The position numbers were made by a program, and so were the translations under genes. Shown here piece by piece: positions 1 to 9,672 of a stretch of 64,000 nucleotides of DNA. The DNA is from Candidatus Poribacteria bacterium. Its GTDB lineage: Bacteria; Poribacteria; WGA-4E; WGA-3G. The stretch lies in assembly GCA_963665235.2 (NCBI GenBank), contig CAXXLX010000001.1, forward strand, positions 352,001-416,000. The letters are read 5' to 3'. Under the pieces are notes generated by a model. It saw only the letters and a list, made by a program, of their open reading frames with translations, was not told the origin of the DNA and did not search any database. Each line of letters begins with the position of its first letter. The stretch's first letter is position 1.

Positions 1-562
1 TGACAGGGCCCTCCAAGACTATAACAAAGCCATAGACTTGAAACCTGAACTTGTCCTACCCTATAGCAATCGGGGCAATGTTTACGTTGAGAAAGGGGAG
101 GTTGACAGAGCTATCCAAGACTATAACAAAGCCATAGACTTGAAACCCGAGTATGCCATTGCTTACAACAATCGGGGCACTGCTTACCAGGACATAGGCA
201 AGTTGGACACTGCTATCCAAGACTATAACAAAGCCATAGACTTGAAACCCGAGTATGTCGATGCCTATAACAATCGGGGCACTGCTTATAGTATCATAGG
301 CGATTTTGATAAGGCTATCCAAGACTATAACAAAGCCATAGACTTGAAACCCATGCTTGCCGAAGTCTATTACAATCGGGGGGCAGCGTGGTTGCTTCTG
401 CAAGAATGGGAAAACGCCAAAGCGGATCTCAGTACCGCCAAAAATATGGGTTTTAACATCGCCGGTTCATTTCATAACTACTTCGGAAACGTTGCAGCCT
501 TTGAGACAAAGCATGGCGTGAAGGTGCCGGAAGACATCGCAGCACTGTTAAGCCGAGATTGA
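1..562 (+). CDS. TPR-repeat protein, 5' end outside the window
   Basis: Frame is open from base 2; tandem 34-aa repeats (AYNNRGTAY...AIQDYNKAIDLKP) on near-identical 102-bp units. Confidence 0.9.
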   Translation, partial: DRALQDYNKAIDLKPELVLPYSNRGNVYVEKGEVDRAIQDYNKAIDLKPEYAIAYNNRGTAYQDIGKLDTAIQDYNKAIDLKPEYVDAYNNRGTAYSIIGDFDKAIQDYNKAIDLKPMLAEVYYNRGAAWLLLQEWENAKADLSTAKNMGFNIAGSFHNYFGNVAAFETKHGVKVPEDIAALLSRD

Positions 563-588
563 AACTGACACTCCGAAAATGCGATTGT

Positions 589-666
589 TATAAACATAAC
601 GCACCTATGGTGCTAAAAACGCAGCAGATACGCGCTGCTATAAACATACCGCACCGCTGGTGCTAC
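589..666. repeat. REP-like doublet
   Basis: tataaacataacgcacctatggtgcta (589-615) and tataaacataccgcaccgctggtgcta (639-665), each with a gcacc/ggtgc hairpin, between convergent genes. Confidence 0.55.
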
Positions 667-800
667 AGACTCAAATTGTGTATGATCTATACATATCTTG
701 AAATCCGCGTCACCCGTGTAATCCGCGATTCAGACAGAATGAGGAACAAGGCACCCTGCACATAACAAAACCACATCACACAGAAAACCAATAATCCGCC

Positions 801-2003
801 TTAATCCACATCTATAGTAATAAAGACAGCATTTAGCACCTCACGTTCCCGTTTTCCGGAGGGTTTATTAATAACCTTATCGCTAACAACAAAGGTGCTG
901 GATGACCCGCCGTCCAGATTAATCGCCTCCGTCGCGCCAAGTTCACTGAGGATACTGGCGAGTTCATAGAGCGTCAAGCCGGTGCTATATCTCGGTTGTC
1001 TTCCATCAGCGACAACTAAAAACAGGGTGTCGTCGTTATAACCTAAAGCCGTTCTGGGTTCGTGACTCAGATTTAGCTGTGCGTTGCGTTTACCGGGGGT
1101 ATGCTTCTTTTCAGCGAGGTGTGCATCCACAAGCGTCTGATTTATTTTCCCATTTTTGAGGAGCCGGAGCCTGCCCCCAATGGCATGGCGAGCCTGATTC
1201 CATGCAGGGGGTGAAAGCGAAACCTTAAGTGTGCCCGCTGCCCCTGGGATAAACTGTGCAACGCTATCACTCTTTTGGCGTGTGCTAATCCAGAGGATCG
1301 CGCCATCTTTCGGAATAGCGGTGTTTCCATCAGTTGAGACCGCCTCCACACGATAAGGGTGCGCATAGTTAGGTGTTAGCGGGAGTGGCAATCCGCTGAG
1401 GACGACCTCCTTACCTCTTCGGCGGCGAGTGTGTGTAGATTCACCGAGTCGTGGCGTGTAAAGCGTCACGAGACATCCATCAAGCCTACGCTGATTTATA
1501 CATCCGAGTTCTAGGGTATGCGCTCCTATCTGTAGACTTGCTTTCATTTGCACGGGGGTGCTCAAAAATTCACCGGAGTCGGTTACGCCGAAACATGCGT
1601 CTATATCTGTTGGTTGCGTCATCAGTTCGCCATCTTGGATATGCAGATTTTCCAGTACCCCGCCGTAGCCGCTCATATCCCCGAGCACACCGAAACCGCC
1701 ATTGACAGCGACAACGACACGTCTATCGCCACGTTTTGTGCGGCGCGCCGCCATTGCACGTACTGTCTCCTTTCCTATAATCTGCCCATTACCGAGAGCC
1801 ACCTCAAAATGCAGGTTCGGCTGTTGTCGAGACATCTCTGCAACATACAGCACACACGTCTCGACATCCCAATCGTAGCGATACAGCTGCAACCCGGGCG
1901 ACACCTCCGGAGAGAGCACTGTCTTTTTACCGCCAGCCTCTGCCACGGTAGGGATGAGACATAAGCATAAAAGGATGCTGTACAGTTTCAGTCCAAGTCG
2001 CAT
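801..2003 (-). CDS. Secreted phosphodiester glycosidase (NAGPA/DUF2233) family protein
   Basis: Signal peptide; VNGGF, PRTALG, VADGRQ and AINLDGGSSS motifs. Confidence 0.85.
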   Translation of the reverse strand: MRLGLKLYSILLCLCLIPTVAEAGGKKTVLSPEVSPGLQLYRYDWDVETCVLYVAEMSRQQPNLHFEVALGNGQIIGKETVRAMAARRTKRGDRRVVVAVNGGFGVLGDMSGYGGVLENLHIQDGELMTQPTDIDACFGVTDSGEFLSTPVQMKASLQIGAHTLELGCINQRRLDGCLVTLYTPRLGESTHTRRRRGKEVVLSGLPLPLTPNYAHPYRVEAVSTDGNTAIPKDGAILWISTRQKSDSVAQFIPGAAGTLKVSLSPPAWNQARHAIGGRLRLLKNGKINQTLVDAHLAEKKHTPGKRNAQLNLSHEPRTALGYNDDTLFLVVADGRQPRYSTGLTLYELASILSELGATEAINLDGGSSSTFVVSDKVINKPSGKREREVLNAVFITIDVD

Positions 2004-2006
2004 TTT

Positions 2007-2366
2007 TTACCCCTTTTTACGAAAAATTTCAACAGCGAAATAGGCAATCGGCTGTTCTATTGGCGGATGCAGCTTTTTGACGGTCAGCTGCACCGTATCC
2101 ACCGGGAACTCTTTTAAAATCGCCGCTGCTATCGCCTCAGCCAGAGCCTCAATCAGTTGGAACGACTGGCGCGTGCCAATCTCAACGATACGGTTAACCA
2201 CAGCGGCGTAGTCAATTGTATACGCGAGTGCATCGCTACGCCCGGCGGTCTCAAGCGAACATCCGAGTGTTGCATCGATTTCATAATGTCCCCCCACCTT
2301 ACGTTCAGCTTCAGGTACCCCGTGATGCCCATGAAATCGGATGCCTTTGATGATAATGCTGTCCAT
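2007..2366 (-). CDS. folB: Dihydroneopterin aldolase
   Basis: FHGHHGV..ER, TIDY, LIEALAE motifs; 119 aa. Confidence 0.95.
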   Translation of the reverse strand: MDSIIIKGIRFHGHHGVPEAERKVGGHYEIDATLGCSLETAGRSDALAYTIDYAAVVNRIVEIGTRQSFQLIEALAEAIAAAILKEFPVDTVQLTVKKLHPPIEQPIAYFAVEIFRKKG

Positions 2367-2443
2367 GTTGAATCACTTGTGTTATCTGTTTCTCGACTTC
2401 CCTCTATTTTACCAGCTAATTGGCTAAAAATCAAGGGTAAAAT

Positions 2444-2472
2444 TTGACTTCACGGCCCTATTATGATATACT
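2444..2472 (+). promoter_or_regulatory. Sigma70-type promoter for moaDE
   Basis: TTGACT-17bp-TATACT. Confidence 0.7.
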
Positions 2473-2508
2473 TTCTCTATAAATTCAAATTGTAGGAAGA
2501 GACCAAAC

Positions 2509-2763
2509 ATGAAAGTTACAGTTAAATATTTTGCCGTATGCCACGAAATGTTAGACCGCTCCGAAGAGGAGATGGAACTGCCTGAAGGGGCAACCGTCCA
2601 AACGATTCTGAAACAGCTTGAGACAGAATGGCCAGAAATCGCTGAGTTTTACGAAGTGATGCAAATGTCTGTGAATTGGGAATACGCCACAGAAAACACC
2701 GAACTCGCCGAGGGAGATGAAGTGGCACTAATTCCGCCAGTCACAGGAGGGCGGGATGTTTAA
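2509..2763 (+). CDS. moaD: Molybdopterin synthase sulfur carrier subunit
   Basis: VKYFA...GDEVALIPPVTGG followed by a 3-aa extension (RDV). Confidence 0.92.
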   Translation: MKVTVKYFAVCHEMLDRSEEEMELPEGATVQTILKQLETEWPEIAEFYEVMQMSVNWEYATENTELAEGDEVALIPPVTGGRDV

Positions 2764-3193
2764 GATAACCGCCGAAGTCATCACAGGGGCGGAGGTGCGT
2801 GAAGCCGTGGAAACACCAGAGGCAGGCGCGGTCATCCTATTTCTCGGCACCGTTCGAAACAACACAGACGGCAGACCGGTAACCTGTCTCGAATATGAGG
2901 CGTACCCGCCGATGGCAGAGAAGAAGATGGCAGAAATTGCAGCCGAGATTGCCGAAAAGTGGGGTATCCAACGGGTTGCTATGGTGCACCGCATCGGAAA
3001 ATTGGAAATCGGTGAGGTGAGCGTAGCAGTCGCTGTTGCGTCCCCGCACCGAAAAGATGGGTTTGAAGCGTGTCAATACGCAATGAATCGCCTCAAACAG
3101 ATTGTGCCTATCTGGAAACGCGAAGTGTGGGCAGACGGCGAAGCGGAATGGGTGAAACCGGATGCTGTCTTCTTTGACGCACCCCGAAATTAA
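2756..3193 (+). CDS. moaE: Molybdopterin synthase catalytic subunit
   Basis: FLGTVR, LEYEAY, HRIG, SPHR, PIWKRE motifs; overlaps moaD. Confidence 0.95.
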   Translation: MFKITAEVITGAEVREAVETPEAGAVILFLGTVRNNTDGRPVTCLEYEAYPPMAEKKMAEIAAEIAEKWGIQRVAMVHRIGKLEIGEVSVAVAVASPHRKDGFEACQYAMNRLKQIVPIWKREVWADGEAEWVKPDAVFFDAPRN

Positions 3194-3199
3194 ACGGGA

Positions 3200-4324
3200 T
3201 TACGTCACACAAAACCGCTTCACAAACTGACTGAAAATTGAGACAGCCTTATCAAACTGGTCTAACGCCATCCACTCATTGACGGTATGTGCCTGTTTAA
3301 TGCTACCCGGCCCGATGATGACAGTTTCCATGTGTTGTCCAAAGGCAGCAGCATCGGTGCCATACGCGACAGTTCTCGGCTGTGTTTCGCCTGTAATTTC
3401 AAGAGCTGCTTGAATAATTTCAGCGTCAGGCGGCGTGCGTACCGGGGGTGCCTCAATAAATATATCAAATGTCAACCCGTGGGTTTCAGCAGCGGTGCGG
3501 GCACGGTTAACCCATACCTGTGGGTCATCGCCGGGCATCGGACGGTAGTTAATATTGCAGACACTCAACGGTGAAGTGATATTTGCGGTGCACTCGCCAT
3601 CACTGAGCGTAATATTCCAATCGGTGAAAGGCGGTGAAAATTCGTAATTGAAGTATCGGGTATCGGTTGTCAATTCGTGATAAATGTCCCGCATTTCGGA
3701 GAGAAACGGAATTAACTTCAGCGTAGCATTATCCCCTTCACCTGTGCTGCTGTGTGCTGCCCTACCGATTGCTGTGACAGTGAATCGAACAACGCCTTTG
3801 TGAGCATATACGGCGTGCAGTTCTGTGGGTTCACCGACAACGCCGTAGCGTGGAAACCCATATTTTTGGAACATCTCCGACTTTTCAACGACCGCCTGTG
3901 CCCCCAAGTAGCCGACCTCTTCGTCAGCCGTTATGACGACATATAGCGGTGCATCTAGGTCGGACGCTTTATACCGGGATGCGGTTTCAATCATACAAGC
4001 GACGCTCCCCTTCATGTCGCAGCTGCCGCGGCCGTACATTTTTCCATCAGCAATCCGTGCCTCAAACGGATTTTCGGACCAACCGATAGCAGGTACTGTA
4101 TCTATATGACCGAGAAGTGCCAATCCACGTTCCCCGGTGTCGCGCCCTTTGCGTCCAATCAGATTCACCTTTAGCACGCCTGCTGCATCGGTGTATTCAA
4201 CCCGTTCAACCTCACAATCAACAGATTCCAACGTTTCAGTAAGGAAGTCGGTCACCTCAACGTTGCTTCGGGGGCTCACAGTATTATATCCAATAAGAGT
4301 TTTGGTCAGTTCTTTTGCATTCAT
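3200..4324 (-). CDS. M20 family peptidase, acetylornithine deacetylase (ArgE)-like
   Basis: GHIDTVP, GRGSCDMKG, DEEVG, GEPT, GPG...AH motifs. Confidence 0.85.
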   Translation of the reverse strand: MNAKELTKTLIGYNTVSPRSNVEVTDFLTETLESVDCEVERVEYTDAAGVLKVNLIGRKGRDTGERGLALLGHIDTVPAIGWSENPFEARIADGKMYGRGSCDMKGSVACMIETASRYKASDLDAPLYVVITADEEVGYLGAQAVVEKSEMFQKYGFPRYGVVGEPTELHAVYAHKGVVRFTVTAIGRAAHSSTGEGDNATLKLIPFLSEMRDIYHELTTDTRYFNYEFSPPFTDWNITLSDGECTANITSPLSVCNINYRPMPGDDPQVWVNRARTAAETHGLTFDIFIEAPPVRTPPDAEIIQAALEITGETQPRTVAYGTDAAAFGQHMETVIIGPGSIKQAHTVNEWMALDQFDKAVSIFSQFVKRFCVT

Positions 4325-4366
4325 AGTTCAATTCTACAAAAATCCGCGAAATTTGTCAAATATTTT

Positions 4367-5656
4367 TTAGGTTATCACCTGCAACCCGCCCATATACGGT
4401 TGTAACACGGCAGGCACACGGACAGTACCATCCGGGTTCTGATACGTCTCAAGGAGTGCGATAACAACACGGGGGAGTGCTGTACCAGAAGCGTTGAGCG
4501 TGTGAATAAATTCAGGTTTCGCCCCGGCTTCCCTGCGGAATCGGATATTTGCGCGGCGGGCTTGGAACGCCTCAAAGTTGCTACAGGAGGAAACCTCAAG
4601 AAACCGTTCTCCTGCGGGTGCCCAGACCTCAATATCGTAGCATTTCGCAGCGGCGAACGACAGCTCCCCCATGCAATGCTGCACAACGCGATACGGCAAT
4701 CCGAGTGCTTGTAAAACACGTTCCGCATTTAATAAAAGCGATTCGTGTTCTGCATAAGAGGTTTCAGGCGTTGTGAACTTTACCATCTCCACCTTATCAA
4801 ATTGATGGATACGCTGCAAGCCGCGGGTCTCTCTCCCGTATGCTCCCGCCTCACGCCTGAAACAGGGGGTGTAGGCGGTATAATAGATAGGCAATTCATC
4901 GGCAGCCAATATTTCACCTGCGAAAAGGTTCGTCACGGGCACCTCTGCGGTCGGAATCAGAAACAGGTCGCTATCCGGATTTTCTTCGTCCCTATCGCAT
5001 CGATACATATCCGCCTCAAATTTGGGGAGTTGACCCGTGCCGGTCATTGTGGGCCGGTTCGCAAGGAATGGGGGTGAGACTTCAGTATAACCGTGTTCGG
5101 TTGTGTGTAAGTCAAGCATAAATTGGATTAGGGCACGTTCCAATCGTGCGCCCAGGCCTTTGAATAGGACGAAGTTGCTTCCTGCCACCTTCGCGCCTCG
5201 CTGAAAATCGACGATATCCAATTGTTCTGCGATTTCCCAGTGCGGTTTCAGTTCAAAATCGGCATCCGGTTTTTCGCCCCAGGTTTTGATTTCGGTGTTA
5301 TCCGCCTCGCTTGTTCCAATAGGCGTACTTTCTTCAGGCATATTCGGAATTGTTAACAGGATGGCATCTATTTCAGTTTTGAGAACGTTCGCGGCAGCGG
5401 TCTGCTCCTTGATTTTTTGAGAGAGTTCGCGCATCTCGGTAATCGTCTCCGTTGCGTCCTCCTTCGCCCGTTTTAATTCCGCAATCTGTTGAGAGACCCT
5501 GTTCTGATGTGCTTGGAGAGCTTGTGTATTTGTCAGATTTTCGCGCCAATGTGTATCCAATTCAAGCAACCGGTCCAGTGCCGCGGCAGTGTGTCGGTTT
5601 TCTAACATTTTTTGCACATCTGCTGCATTTTCGCGAATAAATTTGAGGTCAATCAC
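4367..5656 (-). CDS. serS: Seryl-tRNA synthetase
   Basis: LIPTAEVP, FRREAG, RIHQFDKVE, EVSSCSN, HTLNASG. Confidence 0.98.
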   Translation of the reverse strand: MIDLKFIRENAADVQKMLENRHTAAALDRLLELDTHWRENLTNTQALQAHQNRVSQQIAELKRAKEDATETITEMRELSQKIKEQTAAANVLKTEIDAILLTIPNMPEESTPIGTSEADNTEIKTWGEKPDADFELKPHWEIAEQLDIVDFQRGAKVAGSNFVLFKGLGARLERALIQFMLDLHTTEHGYTEVSPPFLANRPTMTGTGQLPKFEADMYRCDRDEENPDSDLFLIPTAEVPVTNLFAGEILAADELPIYYTAYTPCFRREAGAYGRETRGLQRIHQFDKVEMVKFTTPETSYAEHESLLLNAERVLQALGLPYRVVQHCMGELSFAAAKCYDIEVWAPAGERFLEVSSCSNFEAFQARRANIRFRREAGAKPEFIHTLNASGTALPRVVIALLETYQNPDGTVRVPAVLQPYMGGLQVIT

Positions 5657-5695
5657 GGTGGTTCAGCTCCTGTTTTTTAGATTTATCTGATAACG

Positions 5696-5730
5696 AAAAA
5701 GCCACAGCATTGTTAAACACAATCTGTGGC
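5696..5730 (-). terminator. Intrinsic terminator after the tRNA-Val/tRNA-Asp pair
   Basis: gccacag...ctgtggc stem followed on the minus strand by a U5 tract. Confidence 0.65.
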
Positions 5731-5752
5731 TAATCCGTGCGTCTTATGAAAA

Positions 5753-5827
5753 CGGACCCGACGGGATTTGAACCCGCGACCTCCTGCGTGACAGGCAGGC
5801 GCGCTAAGCCAACTGCGCCACGAGTCC
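5753..5827 (-). tRNA. tRNA-Asp(GTC)
   Basis: Cloverleaf; anticodon loop CT-GTC-AC; GTTCAAATCC T arm. Confidence 0.95.
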
Positions 5828-5846
5828 ATGAGATACCCTTAACAGG

Positions 5847-5920
5847 TAGGCGGGACAGGACTTGAACCTGTGACCTACAGCTTGTAAGGCTGTCGCTCTA
5901 GCCACCTGAGCTACCCGCCC
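5847..5920 (-). tRNA. tRNA-Val(TAC)
   Basis: Cloverleaf; anticodon loop CT-TAC-AA. Confidence 0.95.
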
Positions 5921-5997
5921 AAAATGAGACTTCGGTTCAAACGAAACGTTTGTATTTCTGCACCGAAAAAACTATCTCATTCTTAAGGACGTTATTA

Positions 5998-6026
5998 AGT
6001 ATACCACATAATGTAGCATTTGTCAA
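5998..6026 (-). promoter_or_regulatory. Sigma70-type promoter for the tRNA pair
   Basis: TTGACA-17bp-TATACT on the minus strand. Confidence 0.75.
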
Positions 6027-6212
6027 GAAAATTTGCATTTTTTTCAAAAAAAATGACTTTTTTAGAAATTAATCCAGAAAAAACGGTCGAGTGTCAAAGT
6101 TTTTTCAGAAAAATAGGACAGACTTTTTGGTAACGCGAACGGTAAATAATTCGTTTAATTATGTGGTAAGATGTTTAAAAAAAAACGAAATAAAACCGTA
6201 GGAGTAAAAACT

Positions 6213-7673
6213 ATGAAACCGTGTTATCCGTATATGCTGATTTTGCTGTTGGCGATATTTCTCATCGCTGGATGTACAGTGATGCCAACGGGGTATAAAG
6301 CACTCTCTGAACAGCATCACGCGTATGCAAGCGGTGAAACGCGCGCAACGCTTGCAGACTGGCGGACGCTGATTTCAGACTATGAAGCTATCCTTGATAT
6401 GGACGCACAAGGAGAATTAGCAGATGATGCACAATATGCTGTCGCTTCCTGCTGGATATGGTGCGTCAAGGTGGGAGACCCAGAAGCTGTACATCACGCG
6501 ATTGAAGCGTTCCAAAAACTGATTCGCACCTATCCCGACTCGCCTTACGTCCCACAAGCCCATTATTGGCTCGGACGTTCCTATTCGCACCTCGGCGATT
6601 CGACGCGCGCCGTCCAAAATTATCAGGTCGTCACAAACCGATACGCGGATGCCGATATCGCGGAAGAGACACAACTACAACTCGGACGCATCTACGCGCA
6701 ACAAGGCTACGTTACACGCGCAGAAACACTCTACGTTGACATCGTCGAATCCACAGCAAATCAGGAAATTGCTGATGCCGCATCAGCAGCATTGCAAGCA
6801 CTCAAGACGACACAACACAACCCAGCGGCACCGCCTGCTCAAACCGCTTCCCCTCCACAAATTATTGGGGAACAACAGCAGGTCACACCAAAGCAAACGG
6901 AAAAACCGACACAAAAGGTAGAAACCAAACCCCAAGGGACCGAGAAAAAAGCCTTAATTCCTGAATCGCTTACCCGAGAGTTTGGACTCACAGCAAGAAC
7001 GATTGTTATTGACGCAGGACACGGCGGAAAAGACCCAGGCGGCTCAGGCGCAGGCGACTTTATAGAAAAACCTATCGCCCTCAGCATCTCAAAAAAATTA
7101 CGGGACATCCTTACAACCAAAGGATACACCGCACTCCTAACGCGCGAAACCGACCGGTTCATTCCGCTAAAGGAACGCACACAATTCGCCATAGAAAACA
7201 AGGCAGACCTATTTTTGAGCATTCATGCAAATGCAAGCAAAAGTCCGAAAGTGAACGGAATTGAAACCTATTATCTAGATATAGACAGCACCGACGGAGA
7301 CGCTGAAAGTATCGCAGCACGAGAAAATGCAAACTCCGGCTATAGCCTCCAAGAACTAGAAACCCTCCTCAAAGGATTGATACAAGAAAGTAAAAGTGAG
7401 GACAGCTACCGATTGGCAAAAGAGGTACAACGTGAATTGATAACCGCAACAGGCGCAGTGGACCGCGGCGTTAAACATGCACGTTTTGTCGTGCTTATCG
7501 GAACGAATGTCCCAGCTATCCTAATTGAAACCGGATTTCTATCGAACCCGACAGAAGCGGGAAAACTGACAGACCCCGCATATCAACAGAAATTAGCCGC
7601 CGCGATTGCCCAAGGCATCGAAAAATTTTTAGAGAAAATAGCCGGGAGCCGCCTCGCTGAAGGGAAACAGTGA
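6213..7673 (+). CDS. Lipoprotein with TPR domain fused to N-acetylmuramoyl-L-alanine amidase (Amidase_3)
   Basis: Lipobox IAGC; BamD/CpoB-like TPR helices; IDAGHGGKDPG, SIHAN, PAILIETGF; ATG at 6213 follows AGGAG. Confidence 0.9.
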   Translation: MKPCYPYMLILLLAIFLIAGCTVMPTGYKALSEQHHAYASGETRATLADWRTLISDYEAILDMDAQGELADDAQYAVASCWIWCVKVGDPEAVHHAIEAFQKLIRTYPDSPYVPQAHYWLGRSYSHLGDSTRAVQNYQVVTNRYADADIAEETQLQLGRIYAQQGYVTRAETLYVDIVESTANQEIADAASAALQALKTTQHNPAAPPAQTASPPQIIGEQQQVTPKQTEKPTQKVETKPQGTEKKALIPESLTREFGLTARTIVIDAGHGGKDPGGSGAGDFIEKPIALSISKKLRDILTTKGYTALLTRETDRFIPLKERTQFAIENKADLFLSIHANASKSPKVNGIETYYLDIDSTDGDAESIAARENANSGYSLQELETLLKGLIQESKSEDSYRLAKEVQRELITATGAVDRGVKHARFVVLIGTNVPAILIETGFLSNPTEAGKLTDPAYQQKLAAAIAQGIEKFLEKIAGSRLAEGKQ

Positions 7674-9670
7674 TGTTTTTCGATTATCTCAAAACCGTTT
7701 CCGTACCTAGGATAGCACTTCTTCTGTTTATTCTCTTAGCGTGTAGCGGGGAATTCACGAGTGCTGACACACAACAGGCTGATATCGGTATCCTCTTACC
7801 TTCCGTGTCCACCGCTGATACAACACAGGCTGATAGCGACTATGCCCATTCTGTCAGCAAACGACTTATCCGTATGCTGAATAGCATCGGCTTCTCTGCC
7901 GACCTAATAGCGGAAACATTGCCGACTAACGTCGATACCTATCGACTGATAATTCTCCCGTTGAATCCGGAGGTTTCAACTGAAACCGCGGAATTCCTGA
8001 AAAATTTCGTTGCACACGGCGGTAAACTTTTGGTAAAATATGGACTAGCAGACGAGGTCGCACCGCTGCTCAATTTACGCAGAACCAATTGGATACGTGA
8101 GGAGGAACCGGGGCAGTTCGCTAGCATTCAACTTGACACCTCTGAAATACCGGGCATGCCAGAATCTGTCAAACAAGCATCCTGGAACATTACAGTGGCA
8201 GAACCGACAACCTCTGACACGAACGTTATCGGACAGTGGCACACTGCCACGGGAAAACCGTCCGGGTTTCCCGCACTTTTTATAGGCAAAACAGGGGCAT
8301 TCTTTAGTCACGTCTTTCTTCCTGACGATATTCAAACAAAGATACAACTCCTCGCCGCACTGCTCGGACACCTGGTCCCTGAATTCCAGACCGCCATTGC
8401 AAAGCGAGAAGTGGAAAGTATAACTGCTGTTGGACATATTAAGACGCTTGACACCCTGACAAGATTTGTCCGATACAGCGGCGTTCCAGAGGCAAAACGC
8501 GCATTACAAACAGCACAAACTTTGATGAATCAAGCACGCGCGGAATATGCCAGCAAAACGTATCAGGCAGCGATAACCACAGCACGAAAAAGTCGAGAAG
8601 CACTCTCAAAAGCTTACTTCTTGTCACAACCAAGCACTGCAATAGAGGGGCGCGCCGTGTGGAACCATTCAGGACTCGGCGCATACCCCGGCGATTGGGA
8701 ACGTTCCGCCAAAGAACTCGCCGCAGCAGGTGTAAACATGATTCTCCCCAATATCGCATGGGGTGGGGTCGCACATTACTCTAGCGATGTGTTACCGCAG
8801 AGTGAAACCTTCAAACAATACGGAGACCAACTGCAACAGTGCGTCCAAGCAGCACGTCAACACGGTATTGAAGTGCACGTATGGAAAATTACATGGAACC
8901 TCGAAGGGGCACCAAAAACGTTCGTAGAAAAACTACGCGATACCGCACGGACACAGGTGACAGCAGCAGGTGAACCGCTTAACTGGCTCTGTCCATCACA
9001 TCCAGAAAACGTGCAATTGGAATTAACGTGTGTCGTAGAAATTGTAGAAAATTACGATGTTGATGGCATCCATCTCGATTATATCCGTTATCCGAACCGC
9101 AATGCCTGTTATTGTCAAGAGTGTCGTAAAAGATTCTTGCTCACAACGAGACAACACGTTGACGCGTGGCCAGCAGATGTCCTGCCGGATACAGGGGAGT
9201 ATGGCAGCGAGTATACAACCTGGCGAGCACAGCAGATAACACGGCTGGTCCGCTTAATCGGTAAACGCGCACGTGAGATAAAACCGAATATCAAAATTTC
9301 TGCTGCGGTCTTTGGCGAATATCCATCCTGTGCTAGCTCCATTGGGCAGGATTGGATTGCATGGGCAAAAGCAGGTTATGTGGATTTCGTCTGTCCGATG
9401 AACTATACAGAGGATAACCGTTATTTTACGGATTTGTTACAAAAACAGCTCGCCTTGATGCCCAAGGACGTTGCAATTTACCCCGGCATTGGGGCTACCG
9501 CCTCTAATTCAATACTTACACCGGATGCGGTAGTCGGACAGATTTACCTCTCACGTCATTTGGGGGCATCCGGGTGGACAATTTTTGACTATTCAGCCGA
9601 CATCTCCAAAACCGTCCTCCCAGCAATTGCGATGGGGGTCGGCAAACGTAAAGCACAACCGGCACATTGA
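7670..9670 (+). CDS. Exported glycosyl hydrolase-like 10 (DUF187) protein
   Basis: GRAVW, GIEVHVW, WLCPSHP, YDVDGIHLDYIRYP, QDW..W, PMNY. Confidence 0.8.
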   Translation: MMFFDYLKTVSVPRIALLLFILLACSGEFTSADTQQADIGILLPSVSTADTTQADSDYAHSVSKRLIRMLNSIGFSADLIAETLPTNVDTYRLIILPLNPEVSTETAEFLKNFVAHGGKLLVKYGLADEVAPLLNLRRTNWIREEEPGQFASIQLDTSEIPGMPESVKQASWNITVAEPTTSDTNVIGQWHTATGKPSGFPALFIGKTGAFFSHVFLPDDIQTKIQLLAALLGHLVPEFQTAIAKREVESITAVGHIKTLDTLTRFVRYSGVPEAKRALQTAQTLMNQARAEYASKTYQAAITTARKSREALSKAYFLSQPSTAIEGRAVWNHSGLGAYPGDWERSAKELAAAGVNMILPNIAWGGVAHYSSDVLPQSETFKQYGDQLQQCVQAARQHGIEVHVWKITWNLEGAPKTFVEKLRDTARTQVTAAGEPLNWLCPSHPENVQLELTCVVEIVENYDVDGIHLDYIRYPNRNACYCQECRKRFLLTTRQHVDAWPADVLPDTGEYGSEYTTWRAQQITRLVRLIGKRAREIKPNIKISAAVFGEYPSCASSIGQDWIAWAKAGYVDFVCPMNYTEDNRYFTDLLQKQLALMPKDVAIYPGIGATASNSILTPDAVVGQIYLSRHLGASGWTIFDYSADISKTVLPAIAMGVGKRKAQPAH

Positions 9671-9672
9671 TG

